NCBI GenBank assembly: GCA_951804945.1
Contig: OX638150.1
Span: forward strand, 59,768,001-59,832,000
Origin: Podarcis cretensis
Taxonomy: Eukaryota
Direction: 5' to 3'
Length of the DNA: 64,000 bases
Shown: positions 1-12,272 of the stretch, in pieces
Layout: each line of letters begins with the position of its first letter
Position numbering within the stretch: the stretch's first letter is position 1
Notes under the pieces: generated by a model
What the model was told of the DNA's origin: nothing
The model's input: the letters and a program-made list of their open reading frames with translations, nothing else
Database searches by the model: none
Position numbers and translations under genes: made by a program

Positions 1-615
1 ACAAGTCATAGTTCCAAAACTTGACTGCGTCCCTCATATGGGTTTCCTAGACTTGGCAGGTCGTTTTTTCTTTGGTGGATGACTTCATAGGTCAGCCATT
101 CTTCTAGGACCCCACCCTGCTCTCCAGTTAAGGAATCTTTTCACACAGACAGGATGACTCATCAATGGGATGGCTGTTCTGACACCATAAAGGTACTTGT
201 GTTAGACAGGAATTTCCACATTCTCTAGAGGTATGTGTGCAAGTGCACCTCTAATTCAAGACTAGGTGACTTGTACAACTAGCCATTAAGCTGTAGTTGA
301 CTTAACTGGGGGGGGGGGGGGCAAGCTTGAATCTATTTGGAGACACTTTGGTTCACATGCAATGTTTTTGTCTTAACTATTAATTTGTTCAGAGAAAAGT
401 ACTAACTACAGCTTTATAATTTCTAGATGTGCAGAATTAGTCGTTCCTACAGTATTGCTCTGCATTCTGGTCAGACAAGCTGCATGTATGTAACCTGAAG
501 CATATGTTAACCCGAGGTACCACTGTAAACCATTAGCTATGATTTAGCATGGTATGCTAACACTACCATTGTCACATGCTCTCATTTGTTTTTGAGGTAG
601 CTTATAAAATGAATA

Positions 616-832
616 CAGTGGTACCTTGAGTTACATACACTTCAGGTTACATATGCTTCAGGTTACAGACTCGGCTAACCCAGAAATAGTACCTCAGGTC
701 AAGAACTTTGCTTCAGGATGAGAACAGAAATCATGCAGCGGCGGCAGCAGGAGGCCCCATTAGCTAAAGTGGTGCTTCAGGTTAAGAACAGACCTCCGGA
801 ACGAATCAAGTACTTAACCCAAGGTACCACCG
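616..832. mobile_element. Tc1/mariner(Tigger)-type MITE
   Basis: TIRs CAGTGGTACCT...AGGTACCACCG flanked by TA. A partial related end lies at ~485-527. Confidence 0.85.
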
Positions 833-1457
833 TACAGCAGTCGCAGCTTTATAGTTTGTGTCATTTTATAGCTATATATTTTGGTTGCTTTGTCAACTAA
901 GTATCAGAAAACTATACTATGACTTTCACAGCTGATGTTTTAGAGATGATACTGTAATAGTATCTGAATATTATTACTAAGACTGTAGTCCTAACTTTGC
1001 TTACCTGCGAGTAAGGCCTATTCAGTCAGAATTACCTCAGAGTGGACTTGTGTGCTGTAAATTGTCCTTGTTTGCTAGTAATGTTTTGGTGATTGGAGGA
1101 CGCATTTAATTATCCCAATAAATGACTGATGCTAGCAGCCAGGGACTCGAGCAGCATTCTTTGGGACCCCCAACCCCCGCTTGCCTGCTATTCATCTTCT
1201 CTGAATATAAGTGTTTCTTAGAGCAATGTGAACCTTCAGCTTCAATATACTATTTATCTTTCCTCTGGAAAAACACTGTCTTTCAGCATTTGTCTGCTCT
1301 TTATTTTTTAAAAAGTGGATCACTTAAGTGGTCCAGGCCTTCGCCAGGATTAGAGAACCACTTGTTCTAGAGCAAAAAGGTTGATGAACTCCATCTTCGC
1401 TCATACTTAAGACCTCTAAGCTTAACTCCCCCCCCCAAAAAAAAAAAGCCCCAGCAA

Positions 1458-1588
1458 CATTGGGTTACATAGAGTGAGTGCTCGTCCTACTCAGAGTAGA
1501 CTCATTTAAGTTAATAGGCCTCACTAACTAAGATTCATTAATTTTAATGGGTCTACTCTGAGCAGAACTAGCATTAGATACAACCCAT
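1458..1588. mobile_element. Old palindromic MITE
   Basis: Inverted arms CTCAGAGTAGACTCATT and AATGGGTCTACTCTGAG with GGGTT/AACCC ends. Confidence 0.6.
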
Positions 1589-2934
1589 TGTTCCTATGTT
1601 ATATGTCTGTCTTGGCTGCAAATGTCTGTAACCTATACGGTACAAGATTATCTTTCTTGTCCTCATCTTACATTGCTAAAATATTTTGGGTTGTATCCAA
1701 GGTGAAGGGGGGAAACAATTCTAGCAATTCCCCATTCCCCAAGTCCTAAATACAGTACTGAATTATAAGATTCTCCAGAACAGATGGGGCAGGGAGGAAG
1801 AAGGGAGAATTTACCAAAATTGTTTCGCTCTGCTGGTAAGTGACACAGTTGGACACACCCCTCTTTGTGGAAGATTTAACCTTTAAGATTAAACCTCTTA
1901 ATATTTTTATCATTAATGAAAGGATTTGAACTTCTACCAAAAAATTATAATTCACAAAATTAAAAACACCTTTTTAATTGATTTAAAACTTTCATTTGGT
2001 TAATCTTAAACAGTGGGCTGGGACCTACTGATGGGCCCTGGGCCACTTTCAGGGAGGCCACAGCATGCCCAGTACTTGAACTACTCTCTTGGCATACCAT
2101 AAGCTTTTGGTTGAATCAGTGTCAGCACAGCCACCATTTTTGCATGCTGAATAAAAGTTGCCAGGGATGCAAGTTAATAAATATAATAGCAATAATTAAC
2201 TAGGAATAGAAAGAAAGGGAATTGGGTAGAAGTGAATGTAGAAACAACAGAATGGAGGAATGGCTGTTGGAGATAAGATATGAGCTGAGTGCGAAAGGAG
2301 AATGGGAGAAGAAATTACAGGAGATGAATAAAACCACCTTTAAAAGGCATGTATAAAAGGGGGAAATACCAAAGAAAACTTATTTCCTGTTTCTGCTTAA
2401 AATTTGGAAATGGGTAAGTTGTGATACTCTAGAGCAAATGTCAGTACTTATTTTAGGAGAGCTGAGCTATGGAACTCCTTGCCACAAGAAAAATACTGTA
2501 GCCATATGTTTCATATATCACTTGTCATTAGAACATGATTCCCAACTAATTATGTCAAACTGTGCTTATACCTGCCAATATTTTTTGACTAGCTGTGCAG
2601 CTGAACATGCTTGCAAACCTCCCTGTGATTGGGAACACTACCTTATCACTGTTTCTGTTTCTGATACAGAGGAGTGAAACATGCATGTGCCTCACCCTCC
2701 CCCCCCTTTAAGTTTAAGTCCTTATGCATTGTTTTGAAAACTGGGACAAAGGATCAAACAATATTATAGCTTACAAAAGCAAAGTTGCAAGATGTACTTT
2801 GGAATTCTAATTATTTTGTTTGTTACGGCCCTATGTACTTTTATAGAGATCTACAGTACTTGAAAACTTTCAGAAAGCTTTGCAGCTTCTATACATCTCA
2901 ACAGTATTGTACCTGAAATCATTTTGCTCTCGGA

Positions 2935-3306
2935 ATGAAGAGGATCAGGCAGACAGCTAAAGCTGAAAATCCAGTTCTTCAAACACTACAGAGGACAAAA
3001 AAGCAGAAAACTGGTTTTTACAACACTCTGTTTGATACATCTCATCCTTTTACCTTGATGGACTGGGGAAGTCTGCCGCACCACGTAGTCTTGCACATCT
3101 TCCAATGCCTGCCTCTTGTTGATCGTGCCCGTGCATCTTCAGTTTGCCGGAGATGGAATGAAGTGTTCCATATTCCTGATCTCTGGAGAAAGTTTGAATT
3201 TGAGCTTAATCAGCCTGCTACTTCATACTTGAAGTCTACTCACCCAGATCTTATTCAACAGATTATTAAAAGACATGCTGATCATTTGCAGTATGTCAGC
3301 TTCAAG
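2935..3306 (+). CDS. FBXL21: FBXL21 first coding exon (N-terminus and F-box)
   Basis: Translates MKRIRQ...[51 protein letters not shown]...LQYVSFK, an F-box of the FBXL21/FBXL3 family. The LPHHVVL and [10 protein letters not shown] motifs favour FBXL21. Donor AAG|GTAAAG at 3306/3307; 372 nt, phase 0. Confidence 0.95.
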
Positions 3307-3847
3307 GTAAAGAAGCCTCTTTTGTGTTCTAGTAATAATTAAGAATATTTTATGTACATTGAATTTTAGATTATGTATTTGTCAATTTTAAAGAAACTTA
3401 CTTGTTTAGGCTAGTGTTTACTGTTTTTTTTAAGTGTAGAAATATCAAATAGAAATGTGCTGGCAACTGCAAGTTTTCTATGTCTCCAATTCTTATCTTC
3501 CCAGGGAAACCAGTGTTAAGAGATAATGTGGGCATCTCCTGGATTCAGGATACTTTTTGTTGTTGTTAATTAGGTAGGGTTTACTTTTCAAATGCACCTT
3601 CAGCATTATTTCTTTACCAATTTCAGTAAGTGAAGTATAGTGTATTTACCACCTACTTGGAGCATTTCAGGTAGAAATGAAAAGTAGAGAGCCTGAAACC
3701 AAGGAGATTCAATTTCAGATTTTGGACCAATCACAATCTCTTGGCTTAACCTACTTCACGGTGTTCTTGTGAAGGTAAAGGAATAGATTTTCTACATCAC
3801 CTTGAACCAATTTGGAGAAAGGGTAATACTGTAATAGCTTCAGGTTA

Positions 3848-4154
3848 CAGTGGTGCCTCGCAAGACGAAAAGAATCCGTTCCGCGAGTCTCTTCGTCTAG
3901 CGGTTTTTTCGTCTTGCGAAGCAACTCTATTAGCGGCTAAGCGCTATTAGCGGCAAAGCGGCTAAGTGGCTATTAGTGGCTTAGCGGCTTAGAAAAAGGG
4001 GGGCGAAAAAAATCGCAAGACTCGCAAGACGTTTTCGTCTTGCGAAGCAAGCTCATAGAGAAATTTGTCTTGTGAAGCGCCTCGAAAAACGGAAAACCCT
4101 TTCGTCTAGCGGGTTTTTCGTCTTGCGAGGCATTCGTCTTGCGGGGCACCACTG
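3848..4154. mobile_element. Tc1/mariner-type MITE (second family) in an FBXL21 intron
   Basis: TA|CAGTGGTGCCTCGCAAGACGA ... TCGTCTTGCGGGGCACCACTG|TA; CpG-rich. Confidence 0.88.
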
Positions 4155-4854
4155 TATTCTTATTATTCTTATTTAGTCACTTGTCACTTGAAGGTGTCTA
4201 AGTGACTTACATTAAAGAAAAATATATGCACATATATAATGCTGTTGGAAAAAGGGAGAGATTATATAATAGATTAACATTTCACATTACATACAAAAAC
4301 AAACCAGCCCTATAAACAGTAACAAAAACATTGGCAGTACTCAAGCAATAAACAAAGCAATACTTGCACCCACTAATTAGCAGATAAACAAATCTCAAGC
4401 CCTTCGCTGGTCTAGAAACCATTCACTTCAACCAAACAGTTCCTCTCCCACCTCCCCACCAAGAAGTCTGGCATCAGGTGGTCACTGTCAACCTGCCTTT
4501 GGATTAAACTGAATCACTCCAGACAGCCTGGAAGGTACACTTCCTTCCAGCAGGTTTGGAGTGACATAGACTGCTTGCATTCCTTTTTCAAACACAGGGA
4601 TGCTGTGTTTTATGAAATCAGCACTAAACTCTGTGTCATGCATGCAATACATAGTTGCTGCTTAAGAATCTCTGGGAAGCATTAATGAAGTTGCAGTACA
4701 GAATTTTGGACAGGTGTGCTCACTAAGAATCAAAAGTGCTTTGCAATAACTTCAATGCGCAAGTACAAAGCAGCACATGGCTCTCTACATTGCATAATGA
4801 ATATAATTCAATGTAATGTTGATTTTCACTAAAGTATTGTGTGTTGCCTTTCAG

Positions 4855-4977
4855 GTTGATAGTAGTACAGAGTCTGCAGAAGCAGCTTGTGACATCCTAT
4901 CTCAGCTGGTGAATTGTTCTATCAAGACACTTGGCTTGATTTCAACGGCAAAACCAAGTTTCATGAATGTTTCCAAG
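4855..4977 (+). CDS. FBXL21: FBXL21 coding exon 2
   Basis: Acceptor TTTCAG|, 123 nt encoding [41 protein letters not shown], donor |GTAATA. Confidence 0.95.
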
Positions 4978-5450
4978 GTAATATTCCATAGAGTTCTGAA
5001 CTTGAAATTATGTCTGTAAATAAAATGAGGTGGGACCTGTTCTAAAAGTTAGGTTTACTCTGCATCTAATGAATTTCTAGGGTAATTAGGGGTGAGGTTG
5101 GGCAAAGTTGCTAATTGCAGTGGCACGGTATTATTGGGACTTCACTACCAGATTTTTATGCAGGATGTAAAATGAGCATGAGCTTCAGGTTTCTTTTAAA
5201 ATAACATTTGATTGCTCAATGTCAAATTTTTGACTTCCATTAATTTATTTATTGTAATTTCCAGTACTCAGCCAGTCAGCAAATGGAGTTAGGAGCTTCC
5301 ACTTCATAGTGGCCTGTCTGCCAGTTATTTTTTATTTTGTTTGTTATTTCCATACATTTTTCCTTTGAAAAAAACAAGATTTGGGGATAAAATTTTAAAA
5401 GTCGTATAACTGCATGCCAATGTTTTCCTTCTCTTTTTTTGTCTGAATAG

Positions 5451-5622
5451 GCTCACTTCGTATCAGCTCTTACAGTAGTATTTGTCAATTCCAAGTCATT
5501 ATCTTCCATCAAGATTGAAGACACACCAGTAGATGATCCATCCTTGAAGGTCCTTGTTGCAAACAATAGTGACACTTTAAAATTGCTCAAAATGAGCAGT
5601 TGCCCTCATGTTTCACCAGCTG
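5451..5622 (+). CDS. FBXL21: FBXL21 coding exon 3 (not in the ORF track)
   Basis: Polypyrimidine tract then GAATAG|, 172 nt encoding [57 protein letters not shown](G), donor |GTAAGT, phase 1. Confidence 0.95.
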
Positions 5623-6714
5623 GTAAGTAATCTGAGAAAACAAAAAGTAATATAAAAGTAGCAGTTCATGATTAATTCCTTCAATTAACATTTTATTTAT
5701 TTAAAAATCACCTTCATAATTATCAAGGTTCCCTCTTACTTTACCAAGTTTATGAAATTCTTTTATCAACTTTAGTCTTTATTACAGAAGAAATAAACTG
5801 TATATATCATTATTAGCATAGCATCTGAAAGAGGATTATGGCTTGTTTCACTCCAGAGATGATTTAGCCCTTATGGTTGGGTTGCAGCAAAACACAAACA
5901 TTCCCAAAGCAAGAGCCATCTGTGTGTTGACAATGAACTATTAACTTTGATTTATTAAGCTACGTGGATGCTGCCATAGTCTCTGCTACTCAGATGAAAT
6001 ACTTGTAGGCCCAGCATAATGTTTGGAAACTGAAAACAATTAAGAAAATCACAGCTTTATTCTCCATAGACTTCAAATTTTGGTGAATAAATTTCACTAA
6101 TTGACTATGTTAAGATTTGAGTCCTTTATGCTTGCTTTGTTAATATACTGACAAGTACTGCCTTTCATAGGTGTCAAATCCTTTTGGGTAAATAAAATTG
6201 TTGTGAAGGTTTTTGTTCTTGAAACATACTGAGAGAAAATATGCATACAGACAGCAGACTGTACAAAAAAGTTACATTTTGAAATGCAATTATTTTTCTC
6301 AGTGCTTTCCATTGTGATTGGAACTTCCAAAAACAGTTCTTTACAAGCATTATTTCATATCCTAGACCTCAATCTAGAATGATTGCTAAAATATCCGCTG
6401 AACAATATACAAACCTTCTTACCAATAATCCTCATTTAAAACATACATCATAATAATACATAAATAAGTGATGCATTCAAACAGATATACATGGCAGGCA
6501 AAATCCTAGCCCTTATTATAGGCTACGTACATAATGGCACTATCATATGAAGCTTCACATAAAAGTTGTTAGATAACAGCCTAAGAACTTGATGCTGGTT
6601 TCTGATAATTGTGATGTCCTGGAATTGGGAATGTTTTTCAGCATGGTAGAGGTAAACTAAATTAGAGTCTTTCTTTGTACTTAACTTTTCTTTCCTTCTT
6701 TTTGTCATTCCTAG

Positions 6715-7358
6715 GAATTCTTTGTGTTGCTGACCAGTGTCATGGCCTTAGGGAGCTCGCTCTTAATTACTATCTACTAAGTGATGAACTGTTACTGGCT
6801 CTTTCAAGTGAGAAGCATGTTAATCTTGAACATCTCCGTATAGATGTTGTGAGTGAGAATCCTGGACAGATTGAATTTCACACTATCAAAAAACAAAGCT
6901 GGGATGCTCTCATTAAACACTCCCCCAAAGTCAACATTGTGATGTACTTCTTCCTATATGAGGAGGAATTTGATGCATTCTTCAGGGAGGAAACACCTGT
7001 AACTCATCTTTATTTTGGCCGTGCAGTAAGCAAATCAATGCTCGGACGTATTGGACTGAACTGCCCAAGGTTGATTGAATTGGTTGTCTGTGCTAATGGC
7101 CTACAGCCCTTGGATGATGAACTCATTCGCATTGCTGAACGCTGTAAGAATCTAACTGCCATGGGGCTTGGTGAATGTGAAGTTACATGTCGAGGCTTCA
7201 TTGAGTTTGTAAAGATGTGCGGAGGCAGGCTTACCCAGCTGTCCATTATGGAGGAAGTGCTTATTCCAGACAATGACTACAATCTGGATCAAATTCATTC
7301 TGAAGTTTCCAAACACCTTGGAAGAATGTGGTTTCCTGATATGATGCCAACATGGTAA
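6715..7358 (+). CDS. FBXL21: FBXL21 last coding exon (LRRs and CRY-binding tail)
   Basis: Acceptor CCTAG|, continues phase 1 as [19 protein letters not shown]...[11 protein letters not shown]. The four exons sum to 1311 nt = 436 aa plus stop, with an intact frame. Confidence 0.96.
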
Positions 7359-7908
7359 AAAATCAATGAGGCAAAAGACCGAATAGGTCAGAACTGGCTG
7401 TACAGGGTGTTGCTTTCTATGCAAATAAGGAATCTTAAATATAAACATACTGAATTATTTTCCTCAGTTAATTGCATACCGGCAGTACTATGCCAATCAT
7501 AAAATGGAATAGAGTATACTGAATAGTGTATACATTGAAAGTATATCCATTAAGTGCTTAGTTTATCCTCCAGTTAATTGGAGTATTTTTAACAGATTTG
7601 TATAAGCACGTGGTTTAGTACAAGTTACTTTTGTACTAGTATTTTTGGTGTGGCTAAACACTTTGGCCTTCTTGGTAAACTTCTGCCTAATGGGTGTCTG
7701 GATTTTGAGTTAAAGTGCTGTTTCTCCTGTTACTGTTCCTTTAATTAAAACCAGTGGTTATATACAACTTGTAAACAACAACAGCTTATAGTATGATGCC
7801 TGAGGCCTATATTTGTATTAGTATTGTGACAATGCTCAAGCTACAACAGGACAACTGTGTAAATGCACTATTTCACTGTTTCTCTCCCCCCCCCCCAACC
7901 CCCCTAAC

Positions 7909-8053
7909 CATCTGAATGCAGCCCTGTTTAGGGAAGCATTTAATGTTTAACAGACTATTGTATTTTAATATTCTGTTGGAAGCCGCCCAGAGTGGCTGGG
8001 GAAACCCAGCCAGATGGGCAAGGTATAAATAATAAATTATTATTATAATTATT
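7909..8053 (+). mobile_element. LINE (probably L2) 3' end just downstream of FBXL21
   Basis: GCAGCCCTGTTTAGGGAAG...GAAGCCGCCCAGAGTGGCTGGGGAAACCCAGCCAGATGGGC...AATAAA(TTA)n. A reverse-complement copy lies at 41757-41935. Confidence 0.7.
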
Positions 8054-9764
8054 ATAACCAGTTGAAAAATTGCTTATGTAACTGTATAGAAAACATTGGT
8101 CAATACATGTCCGAGAGCTTACGGTTTTTCTAGTTACGGGTGGGTGGTGGCACTGCAGATGGCAGCCATAGTGATCACAGCAAAGGCAGTTCGGAAACAT
8201 CTCAGCCTTCCGCCACTTGTAAATTAAGTTATCCTCTTCAGCAATCACTGCCCGTACATGTGCTGTAAGCACAGCTTGAAGCGTGGTAGAATTGAAAGTT
8301 CACTTTTCTCCAGCAGCTTTTCTCATCTTGCCAGTCTGATACAAGCAATCATTTGATTTTTCTTCTCTGCCGAACAACCCACAGAGACAACTCTTACTAC
8401 TTCCTGTACACAGGATTCCATTATGTAAATAAAACAGATACCAGCATTGAGAAAGGATAAATAATGTATGTCTGTATAGTATTGATGCTACTTATAAGTG
8501 ATGCCTCTCCAGGAAAATAAGTTGTGTTTCTGAATGTTCTGATATTAAAGAGACTGGTTACCCGAACCCATAAGTTTATAGAGATATTTCCCCTGGTTGC
8601 ATTTGTGTGCATGTGTGTGAGAGAGAAATTCCCATCTTTTCTGGTTGGAGCCTCTCAGGTTGTGCTCCCCTTACAGAGAAAAAACAGTTCTTTCTAACCT
8701 CCCAACCTGCTACTGAAGCTCAGGGTTCTTGCATCTTAACAGTTGCCTTGGTACTGCTGCAGGATCTGAACTTATGCAAGTGTAAGCAACTCATTGCTAA
8801 ACAAACAAACACCTTTAGTACAGAGGGGAAAGGAAGAACCATTTGAAAAACTCTATTGGAAAAAGTTTGGCCAGTCTGCCCACTTGTACTATATTTTGGT
8901 ATTTCTGTTTGCTCCTGACATGAAAAGTACTTCATGTTGAAAACAAGCATGTCTAGGAGAAAGGTTTGATCTACTTTCCCAGATGCACCATTTTTCTATT
9001 GGTTTCCATGGGAGAATGTGAAAACTTTCTCCTGTAGTTTGAAGTTGTGCAGATGACGAAATTTTTTCCCTGAATGAAATACAGAGATTGCTAGCCCAGA
9101 GATGTAAGCAAGACTGCTGTGTATTGCACATACCATTGTATGCCACATATCTCAGAAATAAGCAGAAATGGTCATGCTTAAGGGATGCCTGATTAGAGGT
9201 ACAATCAGAAGCTCTGCTCTCTTCATTCAATATTTGATAGTACACACCTTTTCTACTTGGGAAGTAGGTGTTTAACTTCAGCTCAGTTCATGCTCTTTTA
9301 TTTCGTGCAATACTTTATTTGGCAGGCACATTTTATGTGTTGGAGCAGGAATTTGATTGTATACACTTAGTTTAAAGTCCCATTAAATTTAGTGAGATTT
9401 ACGAAGTAAACATACATAGGATTGGCTGCATGATTCTGCCTAGATTGGCAGCTGGGGTTTTAGTAGAGTGGCATAGAAATTACCTAAGCCTCCCACATAA
9501 GATCAGTTCTGATCATTTCCAGCTCTGAGCCTTGGGTGTAACTGTAGGAACCAGGCTTTGCTGATGTCAAGTAGAATGTTACCTTAACAAAATTGTTAAA
9601 CTGTAACCATGCAAATCTGAACAGCTGAAATTGATGTTCAATGCATGTAAGCACTGCGTTACGCATAAACGGTAGAATTTTAGTACAGCTTTTGTTTGTA
9701 ACAATTTATGCACAATTTCAGTGTAATCCTATGGATGTTTACCCAGAAGTATGTGTGTTTAGTA

Positions 9765-10131
9765 AAGGGACGCAGGTGGCGCTGTGGGTTAAAGCCTCAG
9801 CACCTAGGACTTGCCGATCGAAAGGTCGGTGGTTCAAATCCCTGCGGCGGGGTGCGATCCCGCTGCTCGGTCCCAGCGCCTGCCAACCTAGCAGTTCGAA
9901 AGCACCTCCGGGTGCAAGTAGATAAATAGGGACCGCTTACCAGCGGGAAGGTAAACGGCGTTTCTGTGTGCGGCTCTGGCTCGCCAGAGCAGCGATGTCA
10001 CGCTGGCCACGTGACCCGGAAGTGTCTCCGGACAGCGCTGGCCCCTGGCCTCTTAAGTGAGATGGGCGCACAACCCCAGAGTCTGTCAAGACTGGCCCGT
10101 ACGGGCAGGGGTACCTTTACCTTTACCTTTT
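9765..10131 (+). mobile_element. Sauria SINE (subfamily A)
   Basis: GGGACGCAGGTGGCGCTGTGG head with A/B boxes and (ACCTTT)n tail. 15-bp TSD TATGTGTGTTTAGTA at 9750-9764 and 10132-10146. Confidence 0.92.
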
Positions 10132-10966
10132 TATGTGTGTTTAGTATTGTAGCCTTAGCTATGTGTTGTTCACATAAACTAGAGAAAGCAAAATTGTAAG
10201 ATGAGTGAACCAGTTTCCTTCAGTTCATATAAATTGCTCCAGTTTAAAGTACTAATCCACTTTATCACTACAAATGGGAAGGGCATTTTTAAAACTTAAA
10301 AACTAGGGTGCAGTTGGTGAGGTGTGGTTGGAAGAGCAGCAGAGACCAGGGACTTTAAGGTAAAGTGGAAGACAGCTTGTCTCCTGATGAGCTTCTTGAA
10401 TCTCAGAACCATATCTCACTACCTTTATTGCGCAAAACTTCTTAAAAACAAAGCCGACAGTCGTAAGGTTCTCCAAACTTTTAACCAAAGCCATCTGTTG
10501 TACATTATGGAAAGCTATAGAAGTTTAATCCTTGGTATGTAAAACAAAACCAAGTAGAGCCATTTCTACAAATAATTTTTACACTGCTTACTGCTATTTG
10601 AGCAGCGATATATCAACTAATGTATAATGTTGTAAAAACTATTTCAAAACTACGTACATGTAAAGAAAATAAAATGGAATGGAGCTTATTCATTTCAGTT
10701 AAGCAGGGCTAGCATACTGAAAGATCTGCTTCCTATACATGTTGACTATATATAGTGTGTGGGGAAATGTACATTATGAAATTTGATTTTTGACACTTGG
10801 AGAAGAGATTGAGTGTTTCATTTTGCTTTTCAAAAGTCAAGGAAGGTTTAACTTTGCTTTTCACTAAAAATAACTTATCCCCATTGCTGCCATGTAGGAA
10901 TCTGCTTTTGAAACCCAGGGCAGCTTCATATTGCAGGTTCAATGAAAAGTAAAAATTGTGCTGGGG

Positions 10967-11228
10967 AAAGGTAAAGAGACCCCTGACAGTTAAGTCCAGT
11001 CACAAACGACTCTGGGATTGCAGCACTCATCTCGCTTTACTGGTTGAGGGAGCCGACGTTTGTCCGCAGACAGTTTTTCCAGGTCATGTGGCCAGCATGA
11101 CTAAGCTGCTTCGGGTGCAATGGAACACCGAACCCAGAGCAGCGCACAGAAGCGCCGTTTACCTTCCTGCCCGAGCGGTACCTATTTATCTACTTGCACT
11201 TTGACGTGCTTTCGAACTGGCAGGTTGG
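10967..11228 (-). mobile_element. 5'-truncated Sauria SINE (subfamily B)
   Basis: AAGGTAAAG tail and CCTATTTATCTACTTGCAC core on the minus strand; the head is missing. Confidence 0.85.
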
Positions 11229-11997
11229 GGTAGAAAAGTCTTTTAATGTAGCACTAATGTTGTTTTCATTCTGTTCCCAGAAAGAAACAACTTGCACATT
11301 TTAAGTAGAGGAAAGTGATTACAACCTTTTTATTGCCTGCTGCAAAGCTCCAGAATAGACTATTTAGGGATAACTTGTAAGGAACAACTTCTATATAGTT
11401 ATTTATGGGTGATAGCATTTTGCATCTGTATTAAGGTTGTAGATGCAGCTCTCTGTTTTTGCTTTTGCAGATACATTTTGGCAACAACAAGGGTTGGGGA
11501 GCTGTTAACTCTTCCAAATTTTCTGTATGAAGAGTTCTGTAGTTTTAAGTGGACCATACTGAAACGAACATCTGGCTAGAACTGATTCCCCAGGGCTGGA
11601 AAACACTATTTCAGCAGCAGCTAGAGCTCACTGCCATCATTCTGCCTGCTGAATTTCAAGCACAAACTTGCTACTTCAAGCACAAATGTCAGTTTGAGGA
11701 AAGAAAACTACAAAAGTATATAAGCTTATGACTGAAATGTTTAGAAGCAGATGGAACATACAGTGATGAAGGTACTAATACACTGAAACAGTTCAAGTTG
11801 TGTTGTAGTTCCATATGGCTTCCTAATACTAGAATATGAAATCCAAATTTGGATGAGCCTTAATTTGGATCCAAAGCTGCACATCTGAATGCAGAGGTGT
11901 GGAATCTGCAACCCTATAGAAATTTCTGGACTACAATTCCCATCACCTTTGACCATTGGCTAGTTGTTTGGTGCAAATGGGAGTCTTAACAACATCT

Positions 11998-12272
11998 TTG
12001 TTGTTGTTGTTTAGTCGTTTAGTCATGTCCGACTCTTCGTGACCCCATGGACCAGAGCACGCCAGGCACTTCTGTCCTCCACTGCCTCCCGCAGTTTGAT
12101 CAAACTCATGCTGGTAGCTTCAAGAACACCATCCAACCATCTCATCCTCTGTCATCCCCTTCTCCTTGTGCCCTCCATCTTTCTCAACATCAGGGTCTTT
12201 TCCAGGGACTCTTCTCTTCTCATGAGGTGGCCAAAGTATTGGAGCCTCAGCTTCACGATCTGTCCTTCCATC
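11998..12272 (-). mobile_element. Bov-B (RTE) LINE 3' fragment
   Basis: (CAA)n tail, GACTCTTCGTGACCCCATGGAC end, encodes KLRLQYFGHLMRREESLEKTLML. TSD AACAACATCT at 11988-11997 and 12273-12282. Confidence 0.92.

Noticed and set aside
3848-4154. CRISPR-like repeat array
   Set aside because: Irregular spacing, both orientations, enclosed by TIRs with a TA TSD, in vertebrate DNA; it is a MITE.
2935-7358. Calling the gene FBXL3
   Set aside because: The N-terminus and F-box residues, and linkage to TGFBI, match FBXL21.
8150-8220. Minus-strand peptide CDHYGC resembling LECT2 CDRHGC
   Set aside because: The surrounding residues and spacing (W..C...N.IR, following G) and the splice sites do not fit; probably chance.
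10384-10412. Second hammerhead (CTGATGAG...)
   Set aside because: No helix II/GAAA or helix I partner.
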